A stretch of 64,000 nt of DNA from Octopus sinensis (Eukaryota). Shown here in pieces: positions 24,191-36,415 of the stretch (the first letter of the stretch is position 1; each line of letters starts with the position of its first letter). The position numbers were made by a program, and so were the translations under genes. Location: positions 25,730,001-25,794,000 of the forward strand of contig NC_043006.1 of the NCBI RefSeq assembly GCF_006345805.1. The letters run 5' to 3'. The notes beneath the pieces are model-generated. The model searched no databases. It was not told the origin of the DNA and saw nothing but the letters and a program-made list of their open reading frames with translations.

Positions 24191-25505
24191 ATCCGTATCG
24201 TAAACATAAATAACTTTACATAAATAAGGTCTGATTACTGTACAACTTTAATAAATAATCTAGTCAGAAATATTTCGATTTTTTTCCAGCAAATCTATAA
24301 TATAAATTGGACATGGGCAATCGTTGTAGTCTTTCTTGTCTTGAGGTTCACAGCCATTAAAACAACCAGTTGCTCACACAGCCGGCATATATCATTTCGT
24401 TAGCAACAAGGGGAGTACGGGATCACAGTCAGCCAAAACTTTCGCTATGCTCTCTCTCTTCTTTCACCTCTTTGTGGGCTTAATAGTCTTAATCTTTAGT
24501 TACAGTTTCTCATTCAAACTACATAATAGGCAGAATTGTCGGATTAAGACAGTAGGGTGTTTTGAGGGAGATTTGGCTGCTATTTCTACCAGGTCTACCT
24601 ACCATGTAGACGTCTGAACTTAATTTCCATTCACATATTTGCATTTCAAAAATTTAACATAATCTTTTCCATAATCAACTATCGTAAACACATCCGCATA
24701 CGCAAGCATGCGCGCGCGCGCACACACACACGCCCATTTCATATATCTTTCAATTTCTGCTCTCTTCAAATTAAATTTTTACAGATACAACTGCTTACAA
24801 AAATAGGGATTAATGTATAATTTCTTTCTATGTTCATAATTAAATCAATGTTTTAATGATTAGACAGAGGTCCAATAGAATATCGCTCAGAAACAAACTA
24901 CATGCAAATTCGGTCTTCACAACTCTTGAAGCTGTTTTCTGACAAGGGATGGGGATGTCAGGAAATTTTCATACAGCTGAAGGCTCCAATTGAAACAGGG
25001 GACCCGAGATGATACGGTTGAGAAGCGCTGTTATAGATTATGCCTAACCGAAAACGATCACAACCACATCATCCAAATAGACCGGGTGAAACCGGACTTA
25101 GCTGCCAGTGAAATATAAATATAAATGATTGTGCAATAATTACAATATAGCACATGTGATCTGTGTTGATTTCAGACAAAGGTCAAAAAAGCGATACAAT
25201 TTACACTTGGAAAGTTATGATATATACACAGTTACTAAAATCAGACAAGGCGGAGCCTCGTACATATAGAGAGGGAGTGAATAATCTGATATGCATGTAT
25301 GAAATCAGATAGGCTAGTATTGAAACAGAAATTTACTTAGTTGCATCAAATGAGATTATTTGTGAATCATGATGCTTTCATTATTTTATAGTACCATACA
25401 GTTGTCTGCTAGAAAATAAATCATCGTCACTTGATAATCAGTATGTAGATAGTTATAAATTAACTAAAGAAGATATAAAATACATATACGCATACACACA
25501 CATAC

Positions 25506-25536
<31 letters not shown>

Positions 25537-25669
25537 TGTATGTATGTATGTATGTATGTATGTATGTATGTATGTATGTATGTATGTACACACACACACA
25601 CACACACACATTCAACATGGACAGCATGGGATATGAGATTAACATAAACCATGTAATGTTGCACAATCA

Positions 25670-25860
25670 TAAGGCGGCGAGCTGGCAGAATCGTTACCAC
25701 GCCGGAAAAATTGCTTAACAGCATTTCTACCGACTTTACGTTCTGTATTCAAATGCAACCGAGGTCGGCTTTACCTTTCAACCTCTCAGGATCGATAAAA
25801 TAAAGTGCCAGTTGAGCACTGGGGTCATGTAATCACTTATCCCTTCCTCTAAAACTTCCT
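25670..25860 (+). mobile_element. SINE with Nin-like central domain (second copy)
   Basis: AAGGCGGCGAGCTGGCAGAATCGTT head; GAGGTCGGCTTTACCTTTCAACC...GATAAAATAAAGTGCCAG. Confidence 0.65.
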
Positions 25861-26225
25861 GACGACGTGACAAAATCACATTGACAAAACACTTCAAGTT
25901 GTCTTGAACTTCTCTTGCCACAGTTTTTAGCATGTCCCCTCATCTTCAACACAATGAATTTTTACTGTATATATGCGTGTGTGTGTGTGTATGCAGCTAA
26001 ATAGTTGGTAGCATATTACCCAAAAATAGTTTTAAGGTGGATTATCTAAAGACGTGTTGTCATTTTATGAAAACATGAACTTGTGTAATGTTACATGTTC
26101 AAGATAGATAATGTACTCATTATATATATATACATAATATATATAACATATATAATATATTTTTTTTTTCTTGTTTCAGCTCAGAGCTGCGGCCATGCTG
26201 ATGCACCGCCATTTTGTGCTACACT

Positions 26226-29200
26226 GTTATTACTAAGAGCCTCCTCTAATATGTGACAGTTGGTGAAGAATGGAGAGTTGATATAGCTACCCTCATTTGC
26301 ACCTCTTGCCGTGAGGTAGGTTTATCTGGGACTCTCGACAGGAAGATGTCCAGCTTTGATTTAAAAACCACTACATCTACTTTGTGCAAGTTCCTCAGAC
26401 TCTTCGGGAGAATATTAAAAAGCTGTGGGCCCTTGAAACCCAGGATGTTGCAGTAGCTGGTCCTGAAGCGTGATGGCATTGCTGGGATCTTTGGCACTAT
26501 GCAGTGTCGTCCCGTTCTAACATTGGTGTAGTTTACAATGCCAAAATTTGGCACAATTCCTTCCAGGATCTTCCAGATGTATATTACTGCATACCTCTCC
26601 CGTCTTCTCTCCAGAGAGTAGAGTCTTAGCTGTTTCAACCTTTCCCAGTAGCTGAGCTGTTGCAAAAGAGACGATCTTCTTTGTGAATCTTCTCTGGATT
26701 GCTTCAAGGTCCGCTGTTAATTTCACACTGGTGGGTGACCATAGCTGTGAGCAGTAATCCAGGCGGCTGAGTACAAATGTTCGCCAGAGGACCATCATGG
26801 TTTCCTTATATCTGGTTCTGAATGTTCTTAGGATCCATCCAGCCAGTCGTCTGCACTTTGTCGTCATCCTGGTAATGTGCACTTGGAAAGAGGTATCATC
26901 ACTCATGTCAATACCCAGGTCCCTCACAGACTTAGGCTCTGGGATTGAAATTCCCTGTGGACCGGTGTCCCCTGTAAGTTTAATATTCAGTTTTGGATGC
27001 TGGTAGCGCAGGGCCTGGAATTTTTCAGCATTAAACTGCATATTATTATCCTCAGCCCATCTGTAGATTGAGTCCAACTCCTGCTGCATGTGTGCAACAT
27101 CGCTGGGGTTCTGTATTTTCTGCGAGACTTTCGTATCGTCTGCATAGCTTGCCAGAGTGGCTATCCTGCATATCTGAGAGGGCCACTATAAAAAGCAGTG
27201 GTCCCAAGACAGTGCCCTGTGGAACACCGCTCACTATTTGTGTGTTCATAGAGGTGGCTCCATTAACTACTACTGCCTGACTCCTATCTTTCAGGAAGTC
27301 ATGTAACCACACTCCAAGTTTTCCAGCTATGCCGAGGTCACCTTGTCAAAAGCTTTTGCAAAATCAAGGTAGATTTCGTTCACATTTGATTTGTTGAGTA
27401 ACTGCCTCAACACCCAGTCATAATGTTTTAAGAGCTGAGTCAGGCAGCTCCTACCTGGTCGAAAACCATTCTGGGTATCACTCAGCAAGTTGTTTTTCTC
27501 AAGGAATGTGATTAGTTTCTGACTATCTGTTCCATGACTTTGCTGATGTGTGAAGTCAGAGAGATAGGCTTATAGTTTTTGGCATCTGCTCTGCTTCCTC
27601 CTTTATGGATTGGGCATATTATTCCCTCCTTCATTTTGTTTGGCAGCTTGCCATTTACAAGAAAACTCTGGAAGAGAATCTGTAGTGGTTTTACTAGGGC
27701 ATGCTTACATGATCTGAGGAGGATTGCTGGAAACCATCAGGACCAGCAGTTGAGTTTGTGTCCACCACATCTATGGCTAGTAGTATATCTTCTTCGCTAA
27801 TGTCGATGTATTCCATCGTAACTGCCTTGCTGGTTATAGGTAAGGTGGCAAAAAAGTCCACTGGTTCGTTCACTTGTCTGCATTCCAACAGGGTGGTAAG
27901 GACACTTTTGAACTGATCATTCAGTATCTCACTGGTTGGACTATCTGTGAGGGAGCCATCCTTTTGGAAGAGGGGTTCTGTTTTACAGCATACTCAGGCT
28001 GTTTCTTTGACATAATGAACGAAGGCCTTTGGATTTGACAATGTTTTTTATAATCCAGGCTTCTTTGTCTGCTCTCTTCCTCACATAGGATTGTTGTGGG
28101 CTTTTTCAATCTCCATCAATGTTGTTTTTAGGCAGGACTTTTCACTACTTTTGGAATGTTGGTTGAAGCGATTTGCAACCTTCATCCATCGTCTCATGAG
28201 GATCTTCATCTCCCTTGGAGTCTTGTTCCTTTTTATGTTGGCCTTGTGCTCTGGGACATATTTCTGGCATATGGTTTCCATAAAACACATGAAATATTCT
28301 AGTTTCATGCCAATGTCTGGTGTGGAGAGACATTTTGGTCAGTCCTGTTTGAGGATCTCTTTTTGGATCAATTTCCAGTCTGCTTTGTGGAAGTTCAGAT
28401 TGGAGAGATTTTGGGTGCTTCCTTTAGGCTGTATGTCTGGCTACTTTTGGTCTAAACATCGACAGTTCAATTATGTTGTGATCTGAAACTAATGTTGGCG
28501 TCACTTTCACATCATGAACGATGTCCATATTATTTGTGAAGCAGAGATCCAACATGTTATTCGCCCTAGTTGGTCTGAGTACATGAATAGGGTATTGGTG
28601 AAGTTGAGCAAGGACTCCACTTGTGCTTGTTTGCAATGGGTCATTCCTGAGAGCATGAGGCTTTCAAGCAATTTGACATTGGGGAAGTTGAAATCACCCA
28701 TAAGAAATACTCTCATGTGGTGTTCCAGTTTCATGAGGATTTAATTCTTGTGAGGCAATCTTAGAACTTGCCTATGTTGTTTGGAGCATCTGGTGGGCGA
28801 TATGTATTGCATATTACTATATTATGTTGTATTATGTATACAATTAGAGTGTTACATACTGAATTTGAGTATGACAGTAAGAACTGAGGTGTGAAATCTT
28901 CACAGATGTATACACCAACTCCACCATGGCTCCTTTCCCTTCTGTCTGTGTGCAGCATGGTATATTTTGGTACGTGTACTTCTGGATTCTCTATATCAGG
29001 GCTCAGATGAGTTTCCCCGAGTGCTATGCATAGGGCTTGATTGCATGCCGCACGGTCTCTTGGGAAAGAAATTTTGCTTTTGTTGTTGTGATGCAACAGG
29101 CCCCAATATTTAGTAAAAATATTGGCATGACGACTATGCAGGCGTTAGGGGAGGCCATTGCGTGTTTGTTGATTATGGTGGTCTCGCGCAGTGGTGGGCA

Positions 29201-29935
29201 AGGCTCCTTGTTTGTGCTTGATGTAGCCAGGTCAGCTGCTGCACAATCTTTTGTACCATGCACAAAAAAGACTCTTGCTCAGTTGCTGCCTTACGCATAA
29301 CATCTGAAGTGTGCACTGCATTTGTATATTTCATCTTTGGTGATGATTGATGTCTTTTCTCAGGGAAGTATTGCTCCTTAGGGCCTCTGTAGTTTTGGAA
29401 GGTAAAATTTGCATATCCTCAACTTCACTCCAAATTTCTTTTCTCCTCTGGAGTTTTGGATTCCATTGGAGCCTCCATATTTGAGTTTTCTGTTTGGTCA
29501 TTTGGGGTTTCGGTTTTAGTTATTTCTTTTTTTCTTTTTTCCCCTTCCTTCTTTATGTTAGTACTTGTGTTCTTTCCTTCCTTTTCTGGTGATAGCACTT
29601 GCATTCTTCTGGTTGTCCAGTGGGGTGACGACACCATTCCTCTGTAGGATCATTGGCACAGAGGAACCTCTGCTTGTTGCTTCTTCAGCTTCCCTATCCT
29701 TAGCAGCCTGGTTGTTCACGGGGGGAGGGGGAGATTCATTCTTTTCAGGGACTACTGGATCAAAGAGACTTCTAGTTTTTGCTTCATTCTCCCGATCCTT
29801 ATCAGTCTTGCCACAGTAGTTTTCCATGATGACATCAAGAATGTCAATGTCAGGTCTAATAAAGGCATAGGATTGGATGAATTTATTTTTCTTCCGCTCC
29901 ATGAGCTCAATAGTTCTGCAGAAGTTGTTTTTTAG
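26226..29935 (-). mobile_element. CR1-group LINE, long degenerate copy (ORF1 remnant, APE, RT)
   Basis: IALGETHL, GGVGVYI, YRPP, MGDFNFP, LDLCFTN, SDHNII; SGVPQGTVLGPLLF; RLDYCSQLWSP; LYSLERRRERY. Confidence 0.92.
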
Positions 29936-29954
29936 TGTGCTATTATATATATCT

Positions 29955-30252
29955 CTTTCTCTTTTACTTGTTTCAGTCATTTGACTGCGGCCATGCTGGA
30001 GCACCGCCTTTAGTCGAGCAAATCGACCCCAGGACAAACACAGACACACAAACACATACACACACATACATATATATATATATACATATATACGACAGGC
30101 TTCTTTCAGTTTCCGTCTACCAAATTCACTCACAAGGCATTGGTCGGCCCGGGGCTATAGCAGAAGACACTTGCCCAAGATGCCACGCAGTGGGACTGAA
30201 CCCAGAACCATGTGGTTGGTTAGCAAGCTACTTACCACACAGCCACTCCTGC
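29955..30252 (-). mobile_element. SINE (7092 family) with a 108-bp internal deletion
   Basis: Relative to the copy at 59085, the segment between two GGAC motifs is missing at 30035/30036. Confidence 0.8.
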
Positions 30253-30270
30253 ATATATATAAAATACAAA

Positions 30271-31251
30271 ATACAAAGTTATATCTTGAGATCACTAGTG
30301 ATAACAATACTCAAAATATATTATAGACAGGAATTGTAGTGCTCCAAATGAGCTATATTCCACTTGTTAATCTGAGGGGAGGCAATGTGAGCAGCAACTA
30401 AAGCAACATTACAAAATCCACAGAAAGATCAAACACATACATATATTCATGTATTCATTTATATCTATAGAACAGATATAAAGTCCAACGTTTAAAAATA
30501 TAATAATATATAAATAAATAAACATCATATAAAATATATAAATATATAAGAATCAGTGTTGCATATATAACATATTGAATTTACACTTAAAATCATAAAA
30601 CATTTGGTAAAAATTTGTTAAATTAAAAATTTATGGTAATAAAACATACAATGACATATTAAAATGATGTATTAAAATTCCAGAAAAAAAACAGAAAAGA
30701 TAAATATACAAAAATGTTCATCTACGAGCCGTTTTGGAGGCACGCCAATTAAAATGAAACATGTCATATATTTGAAATTGACACTCCCTTCATCAGGATG
30801 ATTATCACACACAATACATAATACATGGAAACAAATGTACAATTACATACCAGCTATATGTTTTCTTGCATATAGCTGGTACGTGATTTATAAGTCATTT
30901 TAATATGTCATTGTATGTTTTATTACCATAAATTTTTAATTTAACAAATTTTTACCAAATGTTTTATGATTTTAAGTGTAAATTCAATGTTATATATGCA
31001 ACACTGATTCTTATATATTTATATATTTTATATGATGTTTATTTATTTTATTATATTTTTAAACGTTGTTCTGTAGATATAAATGAATATATGTATGTTT
31101 TTGATCTGATTTTGTAATGTTGCTTTAGTTGCTGCTCACATTGCCTCCCCTCAGATTAACAAGTGGAATATAGCTCATTTGGAGCACTACAATTCCCGTC
31201 TGTAATATATTTTGAGTATTGTTATCACTAGCGATCTCAAGATATAACTTT
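30271..31251. repeat. Long inverted repeat (arms about 30271-30668 and 30895-31251) with structured spacer
   Basis: AAGTTATATCTTGAGATCACTAGTGATAAC... versus ...GTTATCACTAGCGATCTCAAGATATAACTT; arms highly similar with a few short indels. Confidence 0.92.
30718..30801 (-). ncRNA. Hammerhead-like motif with extended stem II (G12A)
   Basis: Minus strand TCATC|CTGATGA-AG|GGAG-TGTCAATT...AATTGGCG-tgc-CTCC|AAAACG-gct-CGTA|GATGA. Confidence 0.45.
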
Positions 31252-31254
31252 ATA

Positions 31255-31560
31255 TAAAGAAAAGGACAGCCAACCATGAAAGCACTTTTAGAGATAAGTG
31301 AAAAGAAGCTAGGACTAGTTTAAGTAGATTAATTTGGGTAGTTAAGGATTAAAATAAGGACTATACACTGAACTGGGAAGTAATTAGGCAAAATCTTATA
31401 GCACTGGAAGAAAAAGGTGTGACTTATGTATTGAGAAAATTTCCAGATCCTTACATCCAAGCATAAATTAATCAACAATAAGAGAGAAAGAGGGTTTTGT
31501 TGTCCATACAGAATTAAATATATGTTTAATAAATTGAAATTAAATAGACATTATAAAAAT
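31255..31560 (+). mobile_element. Degenerate PLE GIY-YIG C-terminus
   Basis: KRTANHES..TSLSRLIWVVKD*NKDYTLNWEVI..CDLCIEK pattern, like 62165-62500. Confidence 0.55.
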
Positions 31561-32850
31561 AGATATACATCTAGTAAATCGAAATAAATATAATTATATA
31601 GGTATTATGTGAATAAATCAATATCTAGAACTAATGATTATATAATATTTATCAAATAGAATACACATTGAAACCCTTACTATCAGCTGATGTATCTAAA
31701 TAAATTAATAAACAATTATATTAAATAAATGAGGAATAGAGAGCTTGTTATATTCACAAGGAAAAGATATGTATATATATATATATCTAAAAAAATTTAA
31801 ATAATGAATTATATTTAAATTAACATTCTGTGAATGATAAAATTAAAATAAACAGGAACAAATTTTAAAGTGAAATGTTCTCTCACCATCTGAAAATATC
31901 TAATTCCATGCATGTGATACATAATGAACTGTACCCCCATTAAAAAATATAAAAATTAGTTTAACTAAATATATATATTAACCCAAACTGTCAACAAATA
32001 TGTCTAATAAATCTAAATAAATAAAGAATTGTAATAAAAATTGAAATTCTCTCAATTAAATAAATATATTAATTTGGATATTTACTAATACATATATTTT
32101 TACTTTTTATTCTTTTGACAAGTGAGTGGCAACCAGCCTTTGAAAAAACCCATCTAAATTCCATTAAGGGTGAATAGTAATATGACCTAGATATTCAAGA
32201 CTGCAACTAGCCATTGTCCACTGTGGTCGTAGTTTAACCTCTAACTATTTTCAGAATGGAATCCTAAGACACACATGCCCCCCCCACACACACACTGCTA
32301 TTCAGTCAGTAAGGAACTCCCCATCCTTTAGGATGTGAATGTATATATGTCAATTTTGCTCTGAAGAGATTTTTACCTTTTAATTCATAATGCAATTTTA
32401 ATTGTAAAATATGAATGAAGGGGAGAAATTGGATGTGCGTAGGTGACATGAAATTGACTGTAACATAATTAAATTGATTTTTGGTGTTCACACTCCCAAT
32501 TTTTTTATATTGCATTATTAAAATTATGTTTTCCTATATCAGATAGATGTAAACATCTATAACGACAACTGGAACTTCATAAGCGTTGAGGATTGACATC
32601 AAAGAAGAACCACCAATAAATGGTAATACTAACACAAATTAACACATTCCAGGAAAATTAACTGATGTGGAGATAAACCAGTGTATGCTTGGATGAGATA
32701 CACCCTCATTGAATGAGCAACCTTTTTCCATTCTAAAGCTCGTTTTATATATATATATATATATATATAAGGTTGTAAAGGAACACACGAGTTAATATAT
32801 ATGGAAAAAAAGTCAAGGTAGAAAATGCTAAAATAATTTTATAAAAGACA

Positions 32851-32892
32851 TTTCGGTACCAGTTTCAGTCACTGAGACTTTTTCAACTGTAA
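32851..32892 (-). ncRNA. Minimal hammerhead, U3-A8 variant
   Basis: Minus strand TTACAG|TTGAAAA|AGTC-tcagt-GACT|GAAAC-TG-GTA|CCGAAA. Confidence 0.65.
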
Positions 32893-34630
32893 GTATGGAA
32901 AACAATTTAATTTTGGAAAAATTAAAAGAAAAACTTTTTAAAAGACTATTTGTATAGTATTCAAATACAAGGGGCAGTTTCCTTGTTTCTACCTGTCTCT
33001 GTCTCTCTTGTGGGTTCGAGGTCATTGTGAATTCTTGGCAGGGAAGGAGAAGGAGAAAAAAGGAGGAGGAGGAGAATGCAAGAGTACCATGATAGTTGTA
33101 GGGTGTTAAATGGTCAAGTGCCCTGAAAGTGATGGTAGTAGTGATTGAATTCTCGAGACATCTCTTTTGAATGTATTGTTTATAAAATTTGCGCAGGTGT
33201 TATTCTAAACAGCAATAGTGGTAAAGTTAGGAAGGAGGTGGCGGAAAGGAAGAAGACGAAGGAGAAAGAGAAGGGAGAATAATAAAGGAATGTAGTTTCT
33301 AATGCAAACACCAGACACACACAACTACATGAACTAAAGGATACACTCATCACCAGGAATTACCCACCTTCTCTAATTGACATATGCTTTCAGTGTGCCC
33401 TTCAACTCAACATCTACAAACTCAGACATCCCAAATTAAAGAAGGATTTACAACCAAAAGCCCTACCATACATCTCCACACACAACCCTCTTAACAATGA
33501 AGCCTTTGACACCATCCTTCAAAACATTCCCCTGCTAAAAAAGGATCACAAAATGAACTTAATCCTCCAAACACACACCATCATAAAAAGTAAGAGACAA
33601 CCCAAATCTATGAAAAGTCTCCTAACACAAGCCCAAATATGCTCAACAACAACACAGAAGCTGTCAGTAAAAAAATGTGAAAGACCCCACTGTGAGATAT
33701 GTGTCAATTTAATTGCGGGATCAGAGTTCTCCTTCAAACAGAGACAATGTTTCACAGTGAAAAGCAGCTTCACATGTGCTTCAGAGAACCTGATATATGC
33801 ACTAACCTGCTCTGGGTATGAGGAGCAATACATAGACCAAACAAAAAACAGTCTTTGTAAAATGATGGCTCTGCACAGATCCCAGATCAAAATTCCCCAA
33901 AATAACAAGAGTCCAAGCTTCAGAATTTTTCCCTTCTACCAATTCAGGGGCAATACAACCTGTAGCCAATGAATTAGTAAAGAGACCCATTTTATTACAA
34001 AATACAGAGCCCTTTTGAATGCATCTACAACAAACGATATATCCACAACGGCCTTAGAATAACACAAACACACACACAAATATTAAAAATGATACACTCA
34101 AGAGATTCCCAAGAATTCATTAAAAAACAGTCCCAATCACTGCTATAATCCATAATGATCACTTTTAGGTCACTTGACCATTTAACATCATACTACTATC
34201 ATACCATCTGCATTCCTTTATTATTCTCCCTTCTCTTTCTCTTTATTCTTTGTCTTCCTCCTCTCTGCCACCTCCTTCCTAACTTTACTACAATTGCTGT
34301 TTAGGATAACACATTCACAAATTTTATAAACAATACATTCAGAGATGTCTCAAGAATTCAATCACTACTACCATCCACAAGTCACTTTCAGGGCACTTGA
34401 CCATTTAACATCCTACTACTATCATGGAACTCCTGCATTCTTCTCCTCCTCCTTCTTCTTCTTCTTCTTCCCTGCCAAGAATTCACAACAACCTTGAACC
34501 CACAAGAGTAAACAAGAGAGACAGAGACAGGCAGAAACAAGGAAAATGCCCCTTGTATTTGAATACTATGCAAATATTCTTTTTAAAAGCTTTTCTTTTA
34601 ATATTTCCAAAATTGAATTGTTTTCCATAC

Positions 34631-34672
34631 TTACTGTTGAAAAAGTCTCAGTGACTGAAACTGGTACTGAAA
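34631..34672 (+). ncRNA. Minimal hammerhead, U3-A8 variant
   Basis: TTACTG|TTGAAAA|AGTC-tcagt-GACT|GAAAC-TG-GTA|CTGAAA. Confidence 0.65.
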
Positions 34673-34893
34673 TATTTTTTATAAAATTATTTTAGCATTT
34701 TTTACCTTGACTTTTTTTACCATATATATACATACATATATATATATATTATGGAGTTGTACTTGCATAGCAAGTGACTTGATCTGAGATTGTGTGCTGA
34801 AAGAAAAACAATTGCAGCATGGAAGGTGTTTATAAGCCATTTAAAAACACAAAAAACCCCATTAGATTCACTTCAACGTTTAAATTTAATTTG

Positions 34894-34940
34894 TGTCAAA
34901 ATATTTTTGTCACTCTGAGACCACAACCTGTTCACTGACA
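34894..34940 (-). ncRNA. Minimal hammerhead, G3-C8 variant, in a TA-flanked probable solo pseudo-LTR (34750-34955)
   Basis: Minus strand TGTCA|GTGAACA-G|GTTGT-ggtctcaga-GTGAC|AAAAATATTT|TGACA; perfect stem I, palindromic AATATT, CpG-decay-type changes. Confidence 0.6.
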
Positions 34941-34951
34941 AAACTTTGTGC

Positions 34952-34994
<43 letters not shown>

Positions 34995-35011
34995 ATATAT
35001 ATCTATATATT

Positions 35012-35276
35012 CAGTAGCGGACTGGCCAGGTTGCCAGCTGTCCTGATGGCAAGTGGGCCCCTGAACTATTAGAATCCATATATGGGGGCCCATCCCCTCA
35101 AGTTTGAGATTTTTTTAAGCATTCCTGGAAGAATACATTATTTCAGCCTGGCTGTGTTTGTAGACAGTTGAAAAGAATACTTATAAAAAAAAAATTAAAT
35201 GACAGCATTGTAGTTACAGGTGGGCCTCTTTAGTCTCCTGGCAACCAATATTTTCAGACGACCCAGTTTGCCACTG
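35012..35276. mobile_element. hAT-like MITE
   Basis: TIRs CAGTAGCGGACTGG / CCAGTTTGCCACTG; 8-bp flanks TATATATT / TATATATA. Confidence 0.65.
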
Positions 35277-36177
35277 TATATATATATGATGTATATATCT
35301 GCATTGCTACCAGCAAACAAAACCTGATGCTTAAAGGGAAGAGCCCAATACTTCTAAAGAAGTTTTATAGATGGTGTTTCTGAAGGATTTCCAAGATGAC
35401 TAAACATCATCAGTTACCTAAACTGAATCAAGAGAGGTTTCAATTTGCTCAGATAGCTTTTCTTGTTATGGCTGGATTCCAATGGCAAAACAGCGATGCA
35501 CTTTAGGATTGATGAGTTGGTTATATGTTGCTCTTAAGCAATGCCAAAGGAAGCTTTGATCCACAAATGAGACAAGTTACTTAAGTTTTTGTCTGAAATA
35601 AAATCTCATATTGACATGCTGTATTTAACAGCACAATATATAGTGTGGGGAGATGAAAAACTTTCGAGGCAACAGTTGTTGAGAACACTAGATGCACTTC
35701 AGACATTTTGGATATTTTCAATGACATATACTTGCAGTCAGCCACTTGTCTCAATGAGACTTGTGACCTCTGATACAGGAAACAAAGAATAATACATTCA
35801 CTGCCATTCCAAATAGCTGCTGGGCTGAATAAAAATCCAGTGCATTCAATCAAAAGTAGTGTTAAATTAAAATAGCCATCTTGGTATCATGGAATGTATA
35901 CACACTCTTGATAAGCAAGTTACTGTGGTTTTCATCCAAGATAAAATCTCTAATAGACATGCTGTGCAGCTGGTGAGAACACCAATTCCATTTCAGTCTT
36001 TTGGGGCCTCGTCAATGATATGTGCTTGCAGCTAGACATATACCTAGAAGAGATTTGTCACCTCTGATATAGGGTCTCAGTAAGTTCACATAATTGACTA
36101 GGCCTAAATATGCTGAAATATATCTGGCATTCTCACTAGCTGTTGATGAGACAATTTTTTGATTCCTTTTGATATAC

Positions 36178-36415
36178 TCTTAACTCTTTTACTCTTTTAC
36201 TTGTTTCAGTCATTTGACTGTGGCCACGCTGGAGCACCACCTTTAGTCATGCAAATCGACCCCGGGACTTATTCTTTGTAAGCCCAGTACTTATTCTATC
36301 GGTCTCTTTTGCCGAACCGCTAAGTGACGGGGTGTAAACACACCAGTATTGGTTGTCAAGCAATGCTAGGGGGACAAACACAGACACACAAACAGACAAA
36401 CACAGACACACATAT
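36178..36415 (-). mobile_element. SINE (7092 family), 3' half
   Basis: Reverse complement of the family tail and middle. Confidence 0.8.

Larger units (their letters stand above)
32795..34725 (+). mobile_element. Penelope-like element with inverted pseudo-LTRs (about 500 bp each)
   Basis: 32795-33297 is the reverse complement of 34212-34725; internal linker + GIY-YIG (33300-34040) with stops and a deletion; same family as 2826-4625. Confidence 0.9.

Noticed and set aside
4530-34940. Retrozyme-like circular RNA units
   Set aside because: No same-strand tandem hammerheads of one family 150-400 nt apart; the close pairs are convergent.
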